A stretch of 64,000 bases of DNA from a virus. The DNA lies in IMG/VR virus record IMGVR_UViG_3300044648_000427; one strand, written 5' to 3'. Shown here in pieces: positions 8,893 to 19,776 of the stretch (position 1 is its first letter; each line of letters starts with the position of its first letter). A program made the translations under genes and the position numbers. The notes beneath the pieces are model-generated. The model was not told the DNA's origin and ran no database searches. It saw only the letters and a program-made list of their open reading frames with translations.

Positions 8893-11339
8893 GCTTTCAA
8901 GATTTTCGTAAATATAGTAGCTCTCGTCAAAATTCTAAAATTAAAGCTCTTCTCCAACGTTTAGAGAAATTCGAATCTGAAGCTAATCCTGTTGAAAACA
9001 ATAACCTTTTTGCATTAGGTTTTACTAGTCGTAACTTTCTTACTTTTCATGATAATCTTGCTTTTTCCCGTTTACATACTCTTGCAGATGATGATGATTA
9101 TAAATTAACTGCTGAACCTGACGGGAATTTATTTAAATTATGGTTTACGTTTGACGGAATAACGGAATTAGAGGATCATGCGTTATGGGGTCATATAGGT
9201 ACTATTTACGGCGATAGCGGCTGTGACGCATTGGCCGAAGGTGTCTATGAGGGAATAGGAGCCGGAGGAACAATTTGTATGAAATTCAATGGAACCAATA
9301 AATATATTCAGGTTCTTCCATCGGAGCATTTAACAATAAATAATAAATCACAATTTTCAATTTTTATGCGTTTCAAAGTTGATGATGTAACTCAAACCCA
9401 AACCCTATTTGAAAAGTATGATGATTTAAATGGCTCATATGCTTACAAGGCAATCATAACAAACAGAAGAGTTGTATTTATGGTAAGTGTAAATGGAACA
9501 GGATATACCAAGGTTAATAACGCAAATTTGGTAAATAATACATGGTATGATGTTTGGATGAGACGTGATAATATTACACTAACAGTTTATGTAAATGGTT
9601 CAGATGCTACTGCTGGCTTAAATTCAGCAGGTTTCAGTGAAGAAGGTTTTAGTTCTGGTGGATTCACAACAAGATTTCCTCCAGTTGAATTTGAACCTAT
9701 TCCTACCGGTACAGGAGTGGGTACTTCATTACTTATAGGCGTGGATGGAACGTTACAGTCATTCTTTAAGGGTTATATTCAGGATTTTCGCATTTGGGGA
9801 AAACTTGTATCTTCTACTGAGATTTCTAATCAATGGACAAACAAAGTAAGTGTTTCAAATATTGCTTTTGAGCGATGTGCCGTTGTAGGATATGCTCCAA
9901 TACGTTCTGCGAGGAGAAGAAGTTTTACGGAAACAATCACATTTGTTGATTCTCTTACCGTAACTTATAAACCTACTAATCCAAAGTTACGTTCTATTTC
10001 TAATAGTGTTACTTTTAGTGATTCAATTACCCCTCTTACGAACGTTATCAAACCTGCTAATGTAGATGATACATTTACTTTTGGTGATTCTATATCAATA
10101 TTTAGAGGAGCAACTCAGGTCAAAGTAGGAGCAATAGTAAAATCTACTCAAACAACAGGTTTACCTCTTACTGTCAATTATGCAACAGACGTTGGATTTA
10201 GACCAAAATTTATGTTATTTTGGGGGTCAAATGCAACATCATATAATTCATTCAGCCAAGATCCTAGATTTTTCATGGGTTTTTCTGATGGTACAAATAA
10301 TATTGCTTATTGTGCAAGTTCAAATGATGGTACAGATACAACTGATACTGCAAAGGGTTTATATAATTCTGCAATTCTTGGAATAGACTATGACAATAAT
10401 CTTGAATTTAAAGCAAATTGTACATTTTCAGATACAGGATTTAGTCTTATTTATTCTAATAACAATAATGTTGCTTCTATTATTAATTTTGTTGCTATAG
10501 GAGGATCTACAATTACTAATATAAAGGTGGGAAGTTTTGCTCAACCAACATCTGCTACTGGCCTATTTTCAGTTACGGATGTAGGATTTAGTTCTGATGC
10601 TGTATTTTTATTGCCTACTCAATTTGCTACTATAAATTCGAAGACAGTTAATTTTGGCTTTTCCTTTGGGGCATTTAATACAAGTCAGGAATTTTCTATT
10701 TCAGGAACAGATCAAGATAACGTTGGAACAACAGTAACTAGGAGAATTTCACGTAGCGATAGACTTATTACAATGTTAGGATCAGAACCTACTGGAATTC
10801 ATACTGTTATGAAGATGGCTGATCTATCAGAGATTACACCAACTGGGTTTGATCTTAATTATGATGTTAATCAGGCTACAGGTGCAACAGCGGGATTATG
10901 TGGATATGCAGCACTCAAAGGGATTAAATGTGCAATTGGAAAATTTACCGTAGCATCTGGTACTGGTATTCAGACAGTTACTAATTCTAGTATTTCATTC
11001 AAACCATTAGTAATGATATTTATGTCTCATGGAAGAGTAGTTCAAACTAATACTACTCCATTAACAGAATGTAAACTTTCAATAGGTGCAGCGGTTGATT
11101 CTTTAAATCGACGTTCATCTCATTTACACAGTGCAGATGCTTTAGGAGAAGGAACTGCGGTACATCAAGGAAAATCAAATTCTACTTTAACTGTGTTCGA
11201 AGCAAACGATAGTCACAGTAATTCAACTACACAATTAAGTTTTGATATTGTCTCTATGAATCAGGGGGAATTTACTATAAATAAAACTGTATATAATACA
11301 AGCAATACTATAGATATTCATTACATTGCGTTAGCTTAA
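8889..11339 (+). CDS. LamG (ConA-like) domain tail adhesin/receptor-binding protein
   Basis: LamG signature FNGTNKYI..FSI.MRFK..NTWY.V...VYVNG..IG...FKGYIQDFRIW. C-terminal repeats of VGF.P-type beta domains. Confidence 0.75.
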   Translation: MSFQDFRKYSSSRQNSKIKALLQRLEKFESEANPVENNNLFALGFTSRNFLTFHDNLAFSRLHTLADDDDYKLTAEPDGNLFKLWFTFDGITELEDHALWGHIGTIYGDSGCDALAEGVYEGIGAGGTICMKFNGTNKYIQVLPSEHLTINNKSQFSIFMRFKVDDVTQTQTLFEKYDDLNGSYAYKAIITNRRVVFMVSVNGTGYTKVNNANLVNNTWYDVWMRRDNITLTVYVNGSDATAGLNSAGFSEEGFSSGGFTTRFPPVEFEPIPTGTGVGTSLLIGVDGTLQSFFKGYIQDFRIWGKLVSSTEISNQWTNKVSVSNIAFERCAVVGYAPIRSARRRSFTETITFVDSLTVTYKPTNPKLRSISNSVTFSDSITPLTNVIKPANVDDTFTFGDSISIFRGATQVKVGAIVKSTQTTGLPLTVNYATDVGFRPKFMLFWGSNATSYNSFSQDPRFFMGFSDGTNNIAYCASSNDGTDTTDTAKGLYNSAILGIDYDNNLEFKANCTFSDTGFSLIYSNNNNVASIINFVAIGGSTITNIKVGSFAQPTSATGLFSVTDVGFSSDAVFLLPTQFATINSKTVNFGFSFGAFNTSQEFSISGTDQDNVGTTVTRRISRSDRLITMLGSEPTGIHTVMKMADLSEITPTGFDLNYDVNQATGATAGLCGYAALKGIKCAIGKFTVASGTGIQTVTNSSISFKPLVMIFMSHGRVVQTNTTPLTECKLSIGAAVDSLNRRSSHLHSADALGEGTAVHQGKSNSTLTVFEANDSHSNSTTQLSFDIVSMNQGEFTINKTVYNTSNTIDIHYIALA

Positions 11340-11375
11340 TAGTTATTAAATGTTTCTATATAATATCATTTTCTG

Positions 11376-12347
11376 ATGTCTAGTGAGATTCTTGTTTCCC
11401 TTTTAGGTGGAGCTTGGGTCGGAGAGAATAATCTTTCTGCTCCACGTATGAATGCTAAAACCGTTTGGGTTGGAACGGGTGCAGCTTTATCTAATCTTTC
11501 TCCCACTTATCCCGGTCAGATAGCAGTATGTAGTTCAACCGAAAGTGGATTTATTAAAGATTCTGTTTATTATCGTGATACAGATAATGCAGGATGGTTA
11601 TTCCTATCAATGTCTAAGCATACTCATAATGTTGACGATCATTTATCAGGTGGTCTTTATACTGATATAATGTATGATAATCTTATGAATGCTTATCAAT
11701 GGGGTTCATTAAGTGTTACAAAGGAAATGTTTCATAATATTGTAGCTGGTTCGGCAACAATTACCAATGATTTAAGTTCTGCGTCCGGAAAAGTTGTTTT
11801 AGATTCTGGGGCTATTGCTAATGATTATGCACAGAGCGTAGTACCGCCGGGGGCTAAATTATCTTTTGCACGTAAATCTAGGTTATTAGCGAAAGTTGGA
11901 GTTACGTTTGGAGGTAGTGGAGTAACAAATTACATTACAAGAATTGGTGTTGCTGGGGAAGATATTAACGGAGCAAATACTACAAGTAATAAATATGGTA
12001 TTGAAGCTTGTTCTCAAGATTCTCAGGTTAATTGGATGATATTTAGTGCTAATGCAGGAACTAGAACTGGAGGAACAGTAACAAGTTCTCCTGTAGATGC
12101 TGGTTATGATTCAAGTGGTAAAGGTTATAGATTAGATCATACACCGAACCTTGATATAAAATTTTATAATAATGGTGTAAATTGTGGTGCTAATTGTACA
12201 AAAACAAGTAATAATCCAAATTCTGGAAATACAGGAACAGATTATGTATTACGATTAGGAATAAAATCTACTAATACCAATGCGAAGAAGATGGCGTTAT
12301 TCGGTATTAGACTTATAGGAACCATTTCAGATGCCGCTTGGGCATAG
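11376..12347 (+). CDS. Putative tail fibre/virion beta-rich protein
   Basis: Gly/Ser/Thr/Asn-rich, in tail-module context, with a TAGTT-type promoter. Confidence 0.5.
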   Translation: MSSEILVSLLGGAWVGENNLSAPRMNAKTVWVGTGAALSNLSPTYPGQIAVCSSTESGFIKDSVYYRDTDNAGWLFLSMSKHTHNVDDHLSGGLYTDIMYDNLMNAYQWGSLSVTKEMFHNIVAGSATITNDLSSASGKVVLDSGAIANDYAQSVVPPGAKLSFARKSRLLAKVGVTFGGSGVTNYITRIGVAGEDINGANTTSNKYGIEACSQDSQVNWMIFSANAGTRTGGTVTSSPVDAGYDSSGKGYRLDHTPNLDIKFYNNGVNCGANCTKTSNNPNSGNTGTDYVLRLGIKSTNTNAKKMALFGIRLIGTISDAAWA

Positions 12348-12735
12348 AGAATTAGTTCGACTCAAGATGACTCCTCAGGAGGTTAATAATTTTAACCCTC
12401 CACAAGGAATTGATATTACTTGGCATGATTATGATTATTATCAAGGAGAAGTTACAGCTTCAATTACGGGGCTAGAATGGTCAGCTCCTGATGATACATA
12501 TTTAGTATATAAAGAAGAAGTTAATCATATGTTAGCTGATTTGAAGATTGCTCAAGATGGAATTAGAAGTAGTAAATATCCAATACCATTTATTCGTAGT
12601 ATTGATACACGTAAAAGTTTTCTTGAAGATACTGAATATGATTATTTAATTAGTAAAGGAAAAACTAACACTGAAACTTTTTATGGTAAAAATAGAAAAA
12701 CATATAAGTTAGAAACTGTAGGATTTGTAGTATGA
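12331..12735 (+). CDS. Hypothetical protein (possible tail fibre accessory)
   Basis: Overlaps the previous gene; no recognisable motif. Confidence 0.5.
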   Translation: MPLGHRELVRLKMTPQEVNNFNPPQGIDITWHDYDYYQGEVTASITGLEWSAPDDTYLVYKEEVNHMLADLKIAQDGIRSSKYPIPFIRSIDTRKSFLEDTEYDYLISKGKTNTETFYGKNRKTYKLETVGFVV

Positions 12736-12950
12736 TAGATTCAAAATCAACTACAATAGTGTTTCATACAGTAAGTAAAAATGATGGTATGTTAATTCAG
12801 GTTAGTAAAAGATTTATAGATGATTTATTAGAGTGCTTTGATGACAGACTAGAAAAGCTTACAAAATTTAGTAATACAAGGGAAGAACAACATGATAGAA
12901 TTATTAGCTATAGAAATCAAATTATGAAACAAATAACACGATTAACATAA
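12732..12950 (+). CDS. Hypothetical protein
   Basis: ATGA-type coupling to the upstream gene. Confidence 0.5.
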   Translation: MIDSKSTTIVFHTVSKNDGMLIQVSKRFIDDLLECFDDRLEKLTKFSNTREEQHDRIISYRNQIMKQITRLT

Positions 12951-12956
12951 TGACTG

Positions 12957-13268
12957 ATGAATGTTTCCTTACAAATAAGACTTGATAATTCATTACTGAA
13001 AAATATAGTAAAAAATGGGATATTCCCAGATTCCTTAGAGAATGTACTAGCATTACGAGTACATGATTTATTAAGAAAATATACTATTCCCTATAAAGAT
13101 ATTTATAGAAAAGTAACACGCTCACAGGGAGTATTATTCAGTTTATATGAAATAAGTATAACAATTATTGATATTGAATTTGATATAGGTCAGTTAAAAC
13201 TTTTATTCACAGAATGTCTTAATCCATTCGCTCATCAGATTAGAAAGATAAATATGGTAGTTCATTAA
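12957..13268 (+). CDS. Hypothetical protein
   Basis: Open frame in the operon. Confidence 0.5.
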   Translation: MNVSLQIRLDNSLLKNIVKNGIFPDSLENVLALRVHDLLRKYTIPYKDIYRKVTRSQGVLFSLYEISITIIDIEFDIGQLKLLFTECLNPFAHQIRKINMVVH

Positions 13269-13310
13269 TCAATAGTTCATTAAATGTAACAAACGCATGG
13301 ACTCTCATCC

Positions 13311-16300
13311 ATGGTTGTTCTGCCTAATGATATTAGATTCTTTTATTCAGGTGGTACTGATAATCAAAATCCACTTGCAAGTTTAGGTGGCCAAATTTCT
13401 GTTACTCAAATTATTAATGAATCTCAAGAAAACGTCTTCAATAATGTTACATTAATTGAAGCTGATAACGGATTAACAGATTACCGTTGTTTTTACGTAA
13501 AAAATGTAGGTCAAGAATTATGGAGAAATGCGGTTATTTGGCGAGAACAAGGTACACAATCTGGATTTGATAGTATTGGTATTGGGTTAGGAACTTCTAT
13601 AATTGATGGTACTGAACAAATAGTATTAGATAGGTTTACAGCTCCTATAAACGTTAATTTTGCTGGCCCTGATAGTAAGGAAAGTGCTTTACTGCTAGGT
13701 GATCTTGCCCCCGGTTCACATAAAGCAATTTGGGTAAGAAGGATAGTAGAACCTTTAGCAAGAACATTCAAGAACAATACATTTAAATTAAGAGTTGAAT
13801 TAGGAAATCCCGCTGGTAGCGGTGGTGGCGGAGGAACGCCACCGGGAAATCCGCCCGGTCTGCCCGGAACTGGTGGCGGTGGAGGAACTGGAACGGGATG
13901 TCAGACAGGATATCATAAAGTAAATGGTGTGTGTATTCCTGATACAGTACCTCCTATTACTGGAGGTGGAGGAGAAAATATTTTATGGCAATCTACTGCA
14001 TGGTCTAATGGTCATGATAGAACAATTACCTCTCATAATGCTAGAGATCCCGATGATCCTACATTATCATTTGGTGCTGGTGAAAACAGAGAATTAATTA
14101 TTAAAGGTGCATCAGATCCCGGATTTGTTAATCATACAGGTGCCAGAACTCGTATATATGTAGATCAATTTGGTACTACTACTAATCATTATAATGCTTC
14201 ACTAGAAATTCAAAAGTTTTATATTAATTCTTCACTCGATGGGTTATCTCTTAGATTACGTTCACGTCATAATGAAGATGATCCCACAACTAATCGTTTT
14301 GGAGGCTATAATATGTCAGTACATCATACAGAAATTGAAGCTCAACGTGAAAATTATCATAACGATCATACTAGTCTTACACCTTCTACTATATCCCTTC
14401 CTCATGCATTGGTAAATGGAACCGAGTATGGTATAAGATATTCATGCAGAGATACAACAGATGGAAAAGTAGAATTAAAAATGGAATTAAAAGGTGGTGC
14501 ATATGGAACAAGTTATGTTGAAGTAGCTAAAGCATATGATAATAATCCATCATCCTATATGCTTGATAAACAACTTTACCTTAATAATCGTTCGTATTTC
14601 TGGATAAGGACTAATGGAGATGCTCCAGAAGATGTTAGATATGGTTTTGTTGTTTTCAGAGATTTAGACAAAAGTTCTGTTACATCATGCCCTGCTGGGT
14701 ATACACTTAAAAATGGGGTCTGTGTTGCTGATACACTTCCTACTACTCAACCTCCTCCTTCAGGTGGTGGAGGGGCTACAATTGCAGATTATACAGCTAC
14801 GGCAGTTGGTGATACTACTTGTGGTAGTACAGCTCAAACTATTGTTAGTAGAATCGTAGGTAGAAATCCTAATTTCCATATACCTTTAGGTGATTATACA
14901 TATACCAGTTCAACTGCTTGTTGGTTATCCATGATGACTCCTCTAAAATCTAAAATATTTTCTATGAATATTGGAAATCATGATGATGAAGAAGATGAAA
15001 GTAACACGTTACGATCACAATATTTATCTTGGGTTAATTTATCTCAACCATACCATGCTTTTACATTTCGGAATACATTTGTACTTACCCTTTATACTTA
15101 TGCTCCGTTTGGGTTTGGTTCTGGTTCAGCTCAATTTCAATTTGCACAACAGCAATTAGCGGCTGCGAGGGCTAACCCTGCGATTGACTGGATTATTGTT
15201 AATTTCCACAAACCAATTTATACTGCTGCATCTAATCATTCTGGTTATACAGCTTTTCGTGATGTTTATCACCCATTATTCGATCAATATAAAGTAGATT
15301 TATGTTTATCTGGGCACGTACACAATTATCAGCGTACTAAACCACTTAAATATACTGGTACTGGAACTGGTAATAGTATAGCTAACAATCAGACTACAGG
15401 TTATATAAATCTTGTTAATCCGATATTTGTAATTGCCGGGTGTGGAGGAAGAGAAATAAGTTCAATTAGTGACCAACCATCCTATAATGCTGGTCAACGT
15501 GAAGGATATGGTTATGTACTTATGTCATGGTCAAACAATGGTAAAAAGCTTACATGTAGACATTATGATCAAACAGATACTTTACGTGATGAATGGACAA
15601 TGGACAAAACTGCGGTCAGCCAACCCCCACCACCCCCCAGCGGAGGAGGGGGAACAACGCCACCACCAACTACAGGAGGCCAAATAGATAGTAATGGAAT
15701 TAAATGGTTACTAGCAACAGGTCAACAATCTGTAATTCCTAATTCAAGATATGATAAAAGTGGAGATGAAAATGATTTTCGTTGGTCAGAAGTTTATCCT
15801 AATTTGAGAGATAATGGATTTGAAGTTACAGCATATGGTATATTTGAGACTACTAATGGTGATGCTCATTTTGCTCTCAAACATTGGGGAGGAAATCATA
15901 GTGGAGATTGTCAATATAGCGAAGGAGGGAGTTGTTGCTGTTGGTATGACACGGGTATACGTGAAAATGGAGCGGTACAATTACAAATTGAGCGACCTCA
16001 CCCCTCAAATGATGACTTTAGTGCTACTACATTTATGAGTAATATTGGAGTAGGTATGTCTAATAATACTATTGGCCTTAAATGGATAATATATCCAATT
16101 CAAGAAGGTGGAGATGTTGATCGTGGTGGAGTAAAGTTGAAAATGTATGTAGATACTAGTGGATTTTCAGCAAGTAAACCACAAAATCAATGGAGATTAG
16201 TGTATGATATTACGGACACTGGACAAATATTAGGTGATTATCCAGCTCCAGAAGAACAGGAAATTGAAGTTCGTAATTCAGATACTAATGATACTGTTAT

Positions 16301-18191
16301 GTATGGTGGAGGAATTCACTGGAGAAGATTAAGTAGGGCTGATATTAATGCAGGGGGTACGAGTGGCGGTGGTGGAACTACACCTCCCCCATCTTCACCA
16401 GCTCAACCTCCTACAAATGTTACATACTATTATGATTCAACTACCACACAAAACACACCACAAACTATAGATGCAGAAGAGTATGATAGTACAGAAGGTA
16501 TTATTGCATGTAGGCCAAATAATGGTATCACCTCAACAGTAATTTCAGGTGGATATATTAATGTTAAAAGTAATAATTCTTCTGGTGGTATATATATTGA
16601 CTACTGGAAGAAACCTCGGTTTACTCAGGATAATTTACCGGGATTTAATCAGGTAGTCTCATTTTCCTTTCTGTATGAAGGACAAGGAAGTATTACTGTT
16701 AAATCTGCAAATGAAATGACAGAAACAAATTGGGATAATCTTGATACTGTATTCGGTGGGTTCATGGTATTTTTAAATACTTCCCTAGTTACTACGGAGG
16801 GATATTCTAATGAAGTAAGTTTCCGAGCAAGATATTATGATAATATAAACAGTCCAGATCTCGCTGTACCACAACCGAGCTGGCTAGGACGTAATTCTCC
16901 AAGAACTCCTGTAGGTACATATCCTTTTCCAGCAGGAAAAACATTTGTAAATGGGAACATTTATAAAGTATTTATTACTTATCGAACTAATCAAACAGCA
17001 CAAACTGTTGTAATAACTGTATGGTTAGACTTTAGTGATGGAGTTGGATGGAGAAAAATTGTTGATTCTCATACATTTGATAGACTTAATTGGCTTCCGG
17101 GTACTGTTCCACAAGGCTATGATGATACGGAACAGATTGAACAAGGGCCTGACTTAATAAAACGACATAGAATAGTTATACGTAACAATAATGTAGATCA
17201 AGGATCTAATACTGATCTAAAGGTTAAAGATATAAAAATTGGTACAATGCCATATTTACCAGATCCTATAATTACTAATCCCCCCGGCGGCGGTGGAACA
17301 ACAAATCCACCTCCAGACGATCCAGATCCTCCATCCGGAACTTCTGGTAATGACGCAAATGGTGTAAAAATGATTTATCCAACTAAGGCAAGTGGAGATA
17401 CATTTTTATGGGATTTGTCAGGTTCTAATTCCCGAATTGCTGGGCAAAATGTAACTGCTGTTAGAAGTACATCAGGTGGCCCATGGGCATTTAGTAAGAA
17501 TTCAACAAATCCATTCCGTATATATATTTATACAAAAGAAAATAGTATTAGTAATATAAATACAACTCAATTATCTACCATTCCCCCTATAAGTACATTT
17601 AATCATAATTCACTTGCAACTTTAGGTTATTTCTATCAAGCTAGGGATTGGAAAAACATTGAATTTACAATTTACTTTTCTACAGACATGATTGTAGTAA
17701 ATGATCAAGAATTACCAAGTACTCAAACATCTTTCTTAAGTTTAATTGCTAGATCTGCTAATCATACTACTGCTAATGGTGGATGTGGAGGATCATCATA
17801 TCATGCTGATTTTAATATTCAAACAGGTGGTATTAGATTTAAAAAAGAGCAATATCATAGTTCATATGCTACTGATTCATTTACTGCTACGAATATTGGT
17901 TCCTCACAGGGTAGGTGGATGGGTCTGAAATTCGTCGTTTGGAATAGATCATCTGATGGAAAAGTTGAAATGGAAATATGGGTAGATAAAGATGCAACAA
18001 ATAGTTGGGTAAAATATTTAGGAAAAATTGATGCTGATGATTGGGGAACTGGAGCAGCTCAATGTGCGGGAACGCCGCCGGGTAAAAAGATTACTTGGGG
18101 ATCACCTGTTACAATGTTAAAAATGGATGTAACTCAAACAACGTTATTTATATCATACTTGTCTGTTAGAGAGATTACTCCTCCAAGTTAA
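13311..18191 (+). CDS. Giant multidomain virion appendage: N-terminal tail-anchor domain, lectin/lyase-like beta domains, calcineurin-like metallophosphoesterase
   Basis: N-terminal YSGG..N..P..SLGG..YRCFYVKN..IWVRR phage structural motif. Intact phosphoesterase motifs GD, GDY, GNHD, H, GHVH at about 14790-15605. Pro/Gly linkers. Confidence 0.75.
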   Translation: MVVLPNDIRFFYSGGTDNQNPLASLGGQISVTQIINESQENVFNNVTLIEADNGLTDYRCFYVKNVGQELWRNAVIWREQGTQSGFDSIGIGLGTSIIDGTEQIVLDRFTAPINVNFAGPDSKESALLLGDLAPGSHKAIWVRRIVEPLARTFKNNTFKLRVELGNPAGSGGGGGTPPGNPPGLPGTGGGGGTGTGCQTGYHKVNGVCIPDTVPPITGGGGENILWQSTAWSNGHDRTITSHNARDPDDPTLSFGAGENRELIIKGASDPGFVNHTGARTRIYVDQFGTTTNHYNASLEIQKFYINSSLDGLSLRLRSRHNEDDPTTNRFGGYNMSVHHTEIEAQRENYHNDHTSLTPSTISLPHALVNGTEYGIRYSCRDTTDGKVELKMELKGGAYGTSYVEVAKAYDNNPSSYMLDKQLYLNNRSYFWIRTNGDAPEDVRYGFVVFRDLDKSSVTSCPAGYTLKNGVCVADTLPTTQPPPSGGGGATIADYTATAVGDTTCGSTAQTIVSRIVGRNPNFHIPLGDYTYTSSTACWLSMMTPLKSKIFSMNIGNHDDEEDESNTLRSQYLSWVNLSQPYHAFTFRNTFVLTLYTYAPFGFGSGSAQFQFAQQQLAAARANPAIDWIIVNFHKPIYTAASNHSGYTAFRDVYHPLFDQYKVDLCLSGHVHNYQRTKPLKYTGTGTGNSIANNQTTGYINLVNPIFVIAGCGGREISSISDQPSYNAGQREGYGYVLMSWSNNGKKLTCRHYDQTDTLRDEWTMDKTAVSQPPPPPSGGGGTTPPPTTGGQIDSNGIKWLLATGQQSVIPNSRYDKSGDENDFRWSEVYPNLRDNGFEVTAYGIFETTNGDAHFALKHWGGNHSGDCQYSEGGSCCCWYDTGIRENGAVQLQIERPHPSNDDFSATTFMSNIGVGMSNNTIGLKWIIYPIQEGGDVDRGGVKLKMYVDTSGFSASKPQNQWRLVYDITDTGQILGDYPAPEEQEIEVRNSDTNDTVMYGGGIHWRRLSRADINAGGTSGGGGTTPPPSSPAQPPTNVTYYYDSTTTQNTPQTIDAEEYDSTEGIIACRPNNGITSTVISGGYINVKSNNSSGGIYIDYWKKPRFTQDNLPGFNQVVSFSFLYEGQGSITVKSANEMTETNWDNLDTVFGGFMVFLNTSLVTTEGYSNEVSFRARYYDNINSPDLAVPQPSWLGRNSPRTPVGTYPFPAGKTFVNGNIYKVFITYRTNQTAQTVVITVWLDFSDGVGWRKIVDSHTFDRLNWLPGTVPQGYDDTEQIEQGPDLIKRHRIVIRNNNVDQGSNTDLKVKDIKIGTMPYLPDPIITNPPGGGGTTNPPPDDPDPPSGTSGNDANGVKMIYPTKASGDTFLWDLSGSNSRIAGQNVTAVRSTSGGPWAFSKNSTNPFRIYIYTKENSISNINTTQLSTIPPISTFNHNSLATLGYFYQARDWKNIEFTIYFSTDMIVVNDQELPSTQTSFLSLIARSANHTTANGGCGGSSYHADFNIQTGGIRFKKEQYHSSYATDSFTATNIGSSQGRWMGLKFVVWNRSSDGKVEMEIWVDKDATNSWVKYLGKIDADDWGTGAAQCAGTPPGKKITWGSPVTMLKMDVTQTTLFISYLSVREITPPS

Positions 18192-19681
18192 ATATATACT
18201 GTACAAGCAAGATCATAAGTAAGATCTTCCACATAATGACTACTAGGATTGGGTTCACGTCGTACTAAACAAGTTCTTGAACCATCATAAGGATCACTTT
18301 GATTAATCCCTACTTTTAGATATGTTTGAGCTGTTCCTTCAGTATAAACTAATACTAATCTATCATCTTTAGCCATACGATGAGAATTGTTTAAATCCTC
18401 AAAATACACTACTGTATCACCTTGAGGTAATGTAGTAACATCAATTGAACCAAATGTTGTAACTATATCATTTCCTGAATTCTTCTTGATATATAAAGTT
18501 GCCGTTCCTATAGCTCCTCCATATTTTGACATAATCATATCAACACGTCGAATTTTCTTTCCAATAAGTTGAGATTTATCATTTACATTATTATTTTGAA
18601 CAGAATTATCATGAGCGATTAAACCCACATGATCTCTATTATGATCAAGCGTTATATCATGAGTTTTCGGAACAGTAAATAGTACTTGTAATGGAGGAAC
18701 ATCAACTAGTAATCCTGAACAACCATCTGATTCATTAAAGTTAATATTATATACACCAATAAGGTTTGCAAAAACGGCTCCTGTAATAGGCTCTTCTACT
18801 GGTGGTGGGTCAGTTGATCCCGGTGGTGGATCTGGGTCAGGGTCAGGGTCAGGATCTGGGTTACTTCCTCCAAGTAAAGTTATATCAATCTCTCTGATAC
18901 TTAATTTCTTGAATGTTACATTCCCATTACCTCCTTCCCATTTGTAAAATACATATGGCCCTCCATGAATTCCTATATAATCTGGGCCTCCGTCGGCACT
19001 TCCTGTTCCAGTAGTTTTTTGACATGCTCCAGCTTGTGATCCCCATCCTCCAGAATCAACGAATTCATCTACTTTTACCCATGTATTAGTTTCATCTGCA
19101 TCGATATAAGTTTCTCCTCTAACATTAGTATTATTATTAATATTAAAAATTACAAATTTAAAACCTACCCATTTATCCTTAGGGGCAGTTACTGCTGTGG
19201 TCTTCTCAGGTGTTGATGATTGATTAACATGCCACTGTTCTTTGACAAAGCGAACCTTACCTGTTTTTAGGTTAAATGTGGATTTATAGGCAAATCCTTC
19301 GCATTTTTTATCTGAAAAATGTCTACCAGTTCTAACATAAAAAGCCATAACTTTATCAGATGTTCCAGAATAATTAAAATATGCAGTAACTTCAATATTT
19401 TTCCAGTCTTTAGCATCCATATAATAGCCTCGTTCTTTCAATGTATTATGATTAGTAGTTATATTTGATTGAACAAATCCTGCACTGGTTGTTATTCCTA
19501 TTCTAACATCATCTTGTTTAGTAATAGTATAATCTTCTGATGCTGATCTATAGGTAATTGTACCGTTATCTCCATATATATCTACTCTTCCATCCGCCAT
19601 AGGGTTAGTATCAATAACCCATGATTCCCCGTTAATTTTGGATGGATAAATCATTTGTACACCTAATTGATCATTAGCCAT
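18188..19681 (-). CDS. Two-domain beta protein; N-terminal domain paralogous to the C-terminal domain of 13311
   Basis: GVQMIYPSK..DWKNIEVTAYF..KEQWH..WVGFKFVIFN matches GVKMIYPTK..DWKNIEFTIYF..KEQYH..WMGLKFVVWN. DP-repeat linker. Confidence 0.75.
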   Translation of the reverse strand: MANDQLGVQMIYPSKINGESWVIDTNPMADGRVDIYGDNGTITYRSASEDYTITKQDDVRIGITTSAGFVQSNITTNHNTLKERGYYMDAKDWKNIEVTAYFNYSGTSDKVMAFYVRTGRHFSDKKCEGFAYKSTFNLKTGKVRFVKEQWHVNQSSTPEKTTAVTAPKDKWVGFKFVIFNINNNTNVRGETYIDADETNTWVKVDEFVDSGGWGSQAGACQKTTGTGSADGGPDYIGIHGGPYVFYKWEGGNGNVTFKKLSIREIDITLLGGSNPDPDPDPDPDPPPGSTDPPPVEEPITGAVFANLIGVYNINFNESDGCSGLLVDVPPLQVLFTVPKTHDITLDHNRDHVGLIAHDNSVQNNNVNDKSQLIGKKIRRVDMIMSKYGGAIGTATLYIKKNSGNDIVTTFGSIDVTTLPQGDTVVYFEDLNNSHRMAKDDRLVLVYTEGTAQTYLKVGINQSDPYDGSRTCLVRREPNPSSHYVEDLTYDLACTVYI

Positions 19682-19776
19682 AAGATCTGAGCTTAGATTT
19701 TGGTATTTATGACAACTAAGTTTACCTTATTTCAGTTTCAATAGTTGTTTTGTTTGATTTATTTAAAAGTTTTCAT

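Noticed and set aside
18820-18862. GGGTCA tandem repeat and GGN runs as regulatory repeats
   Set aside because: They encode Asp-Pro and poly-Gly linkers.
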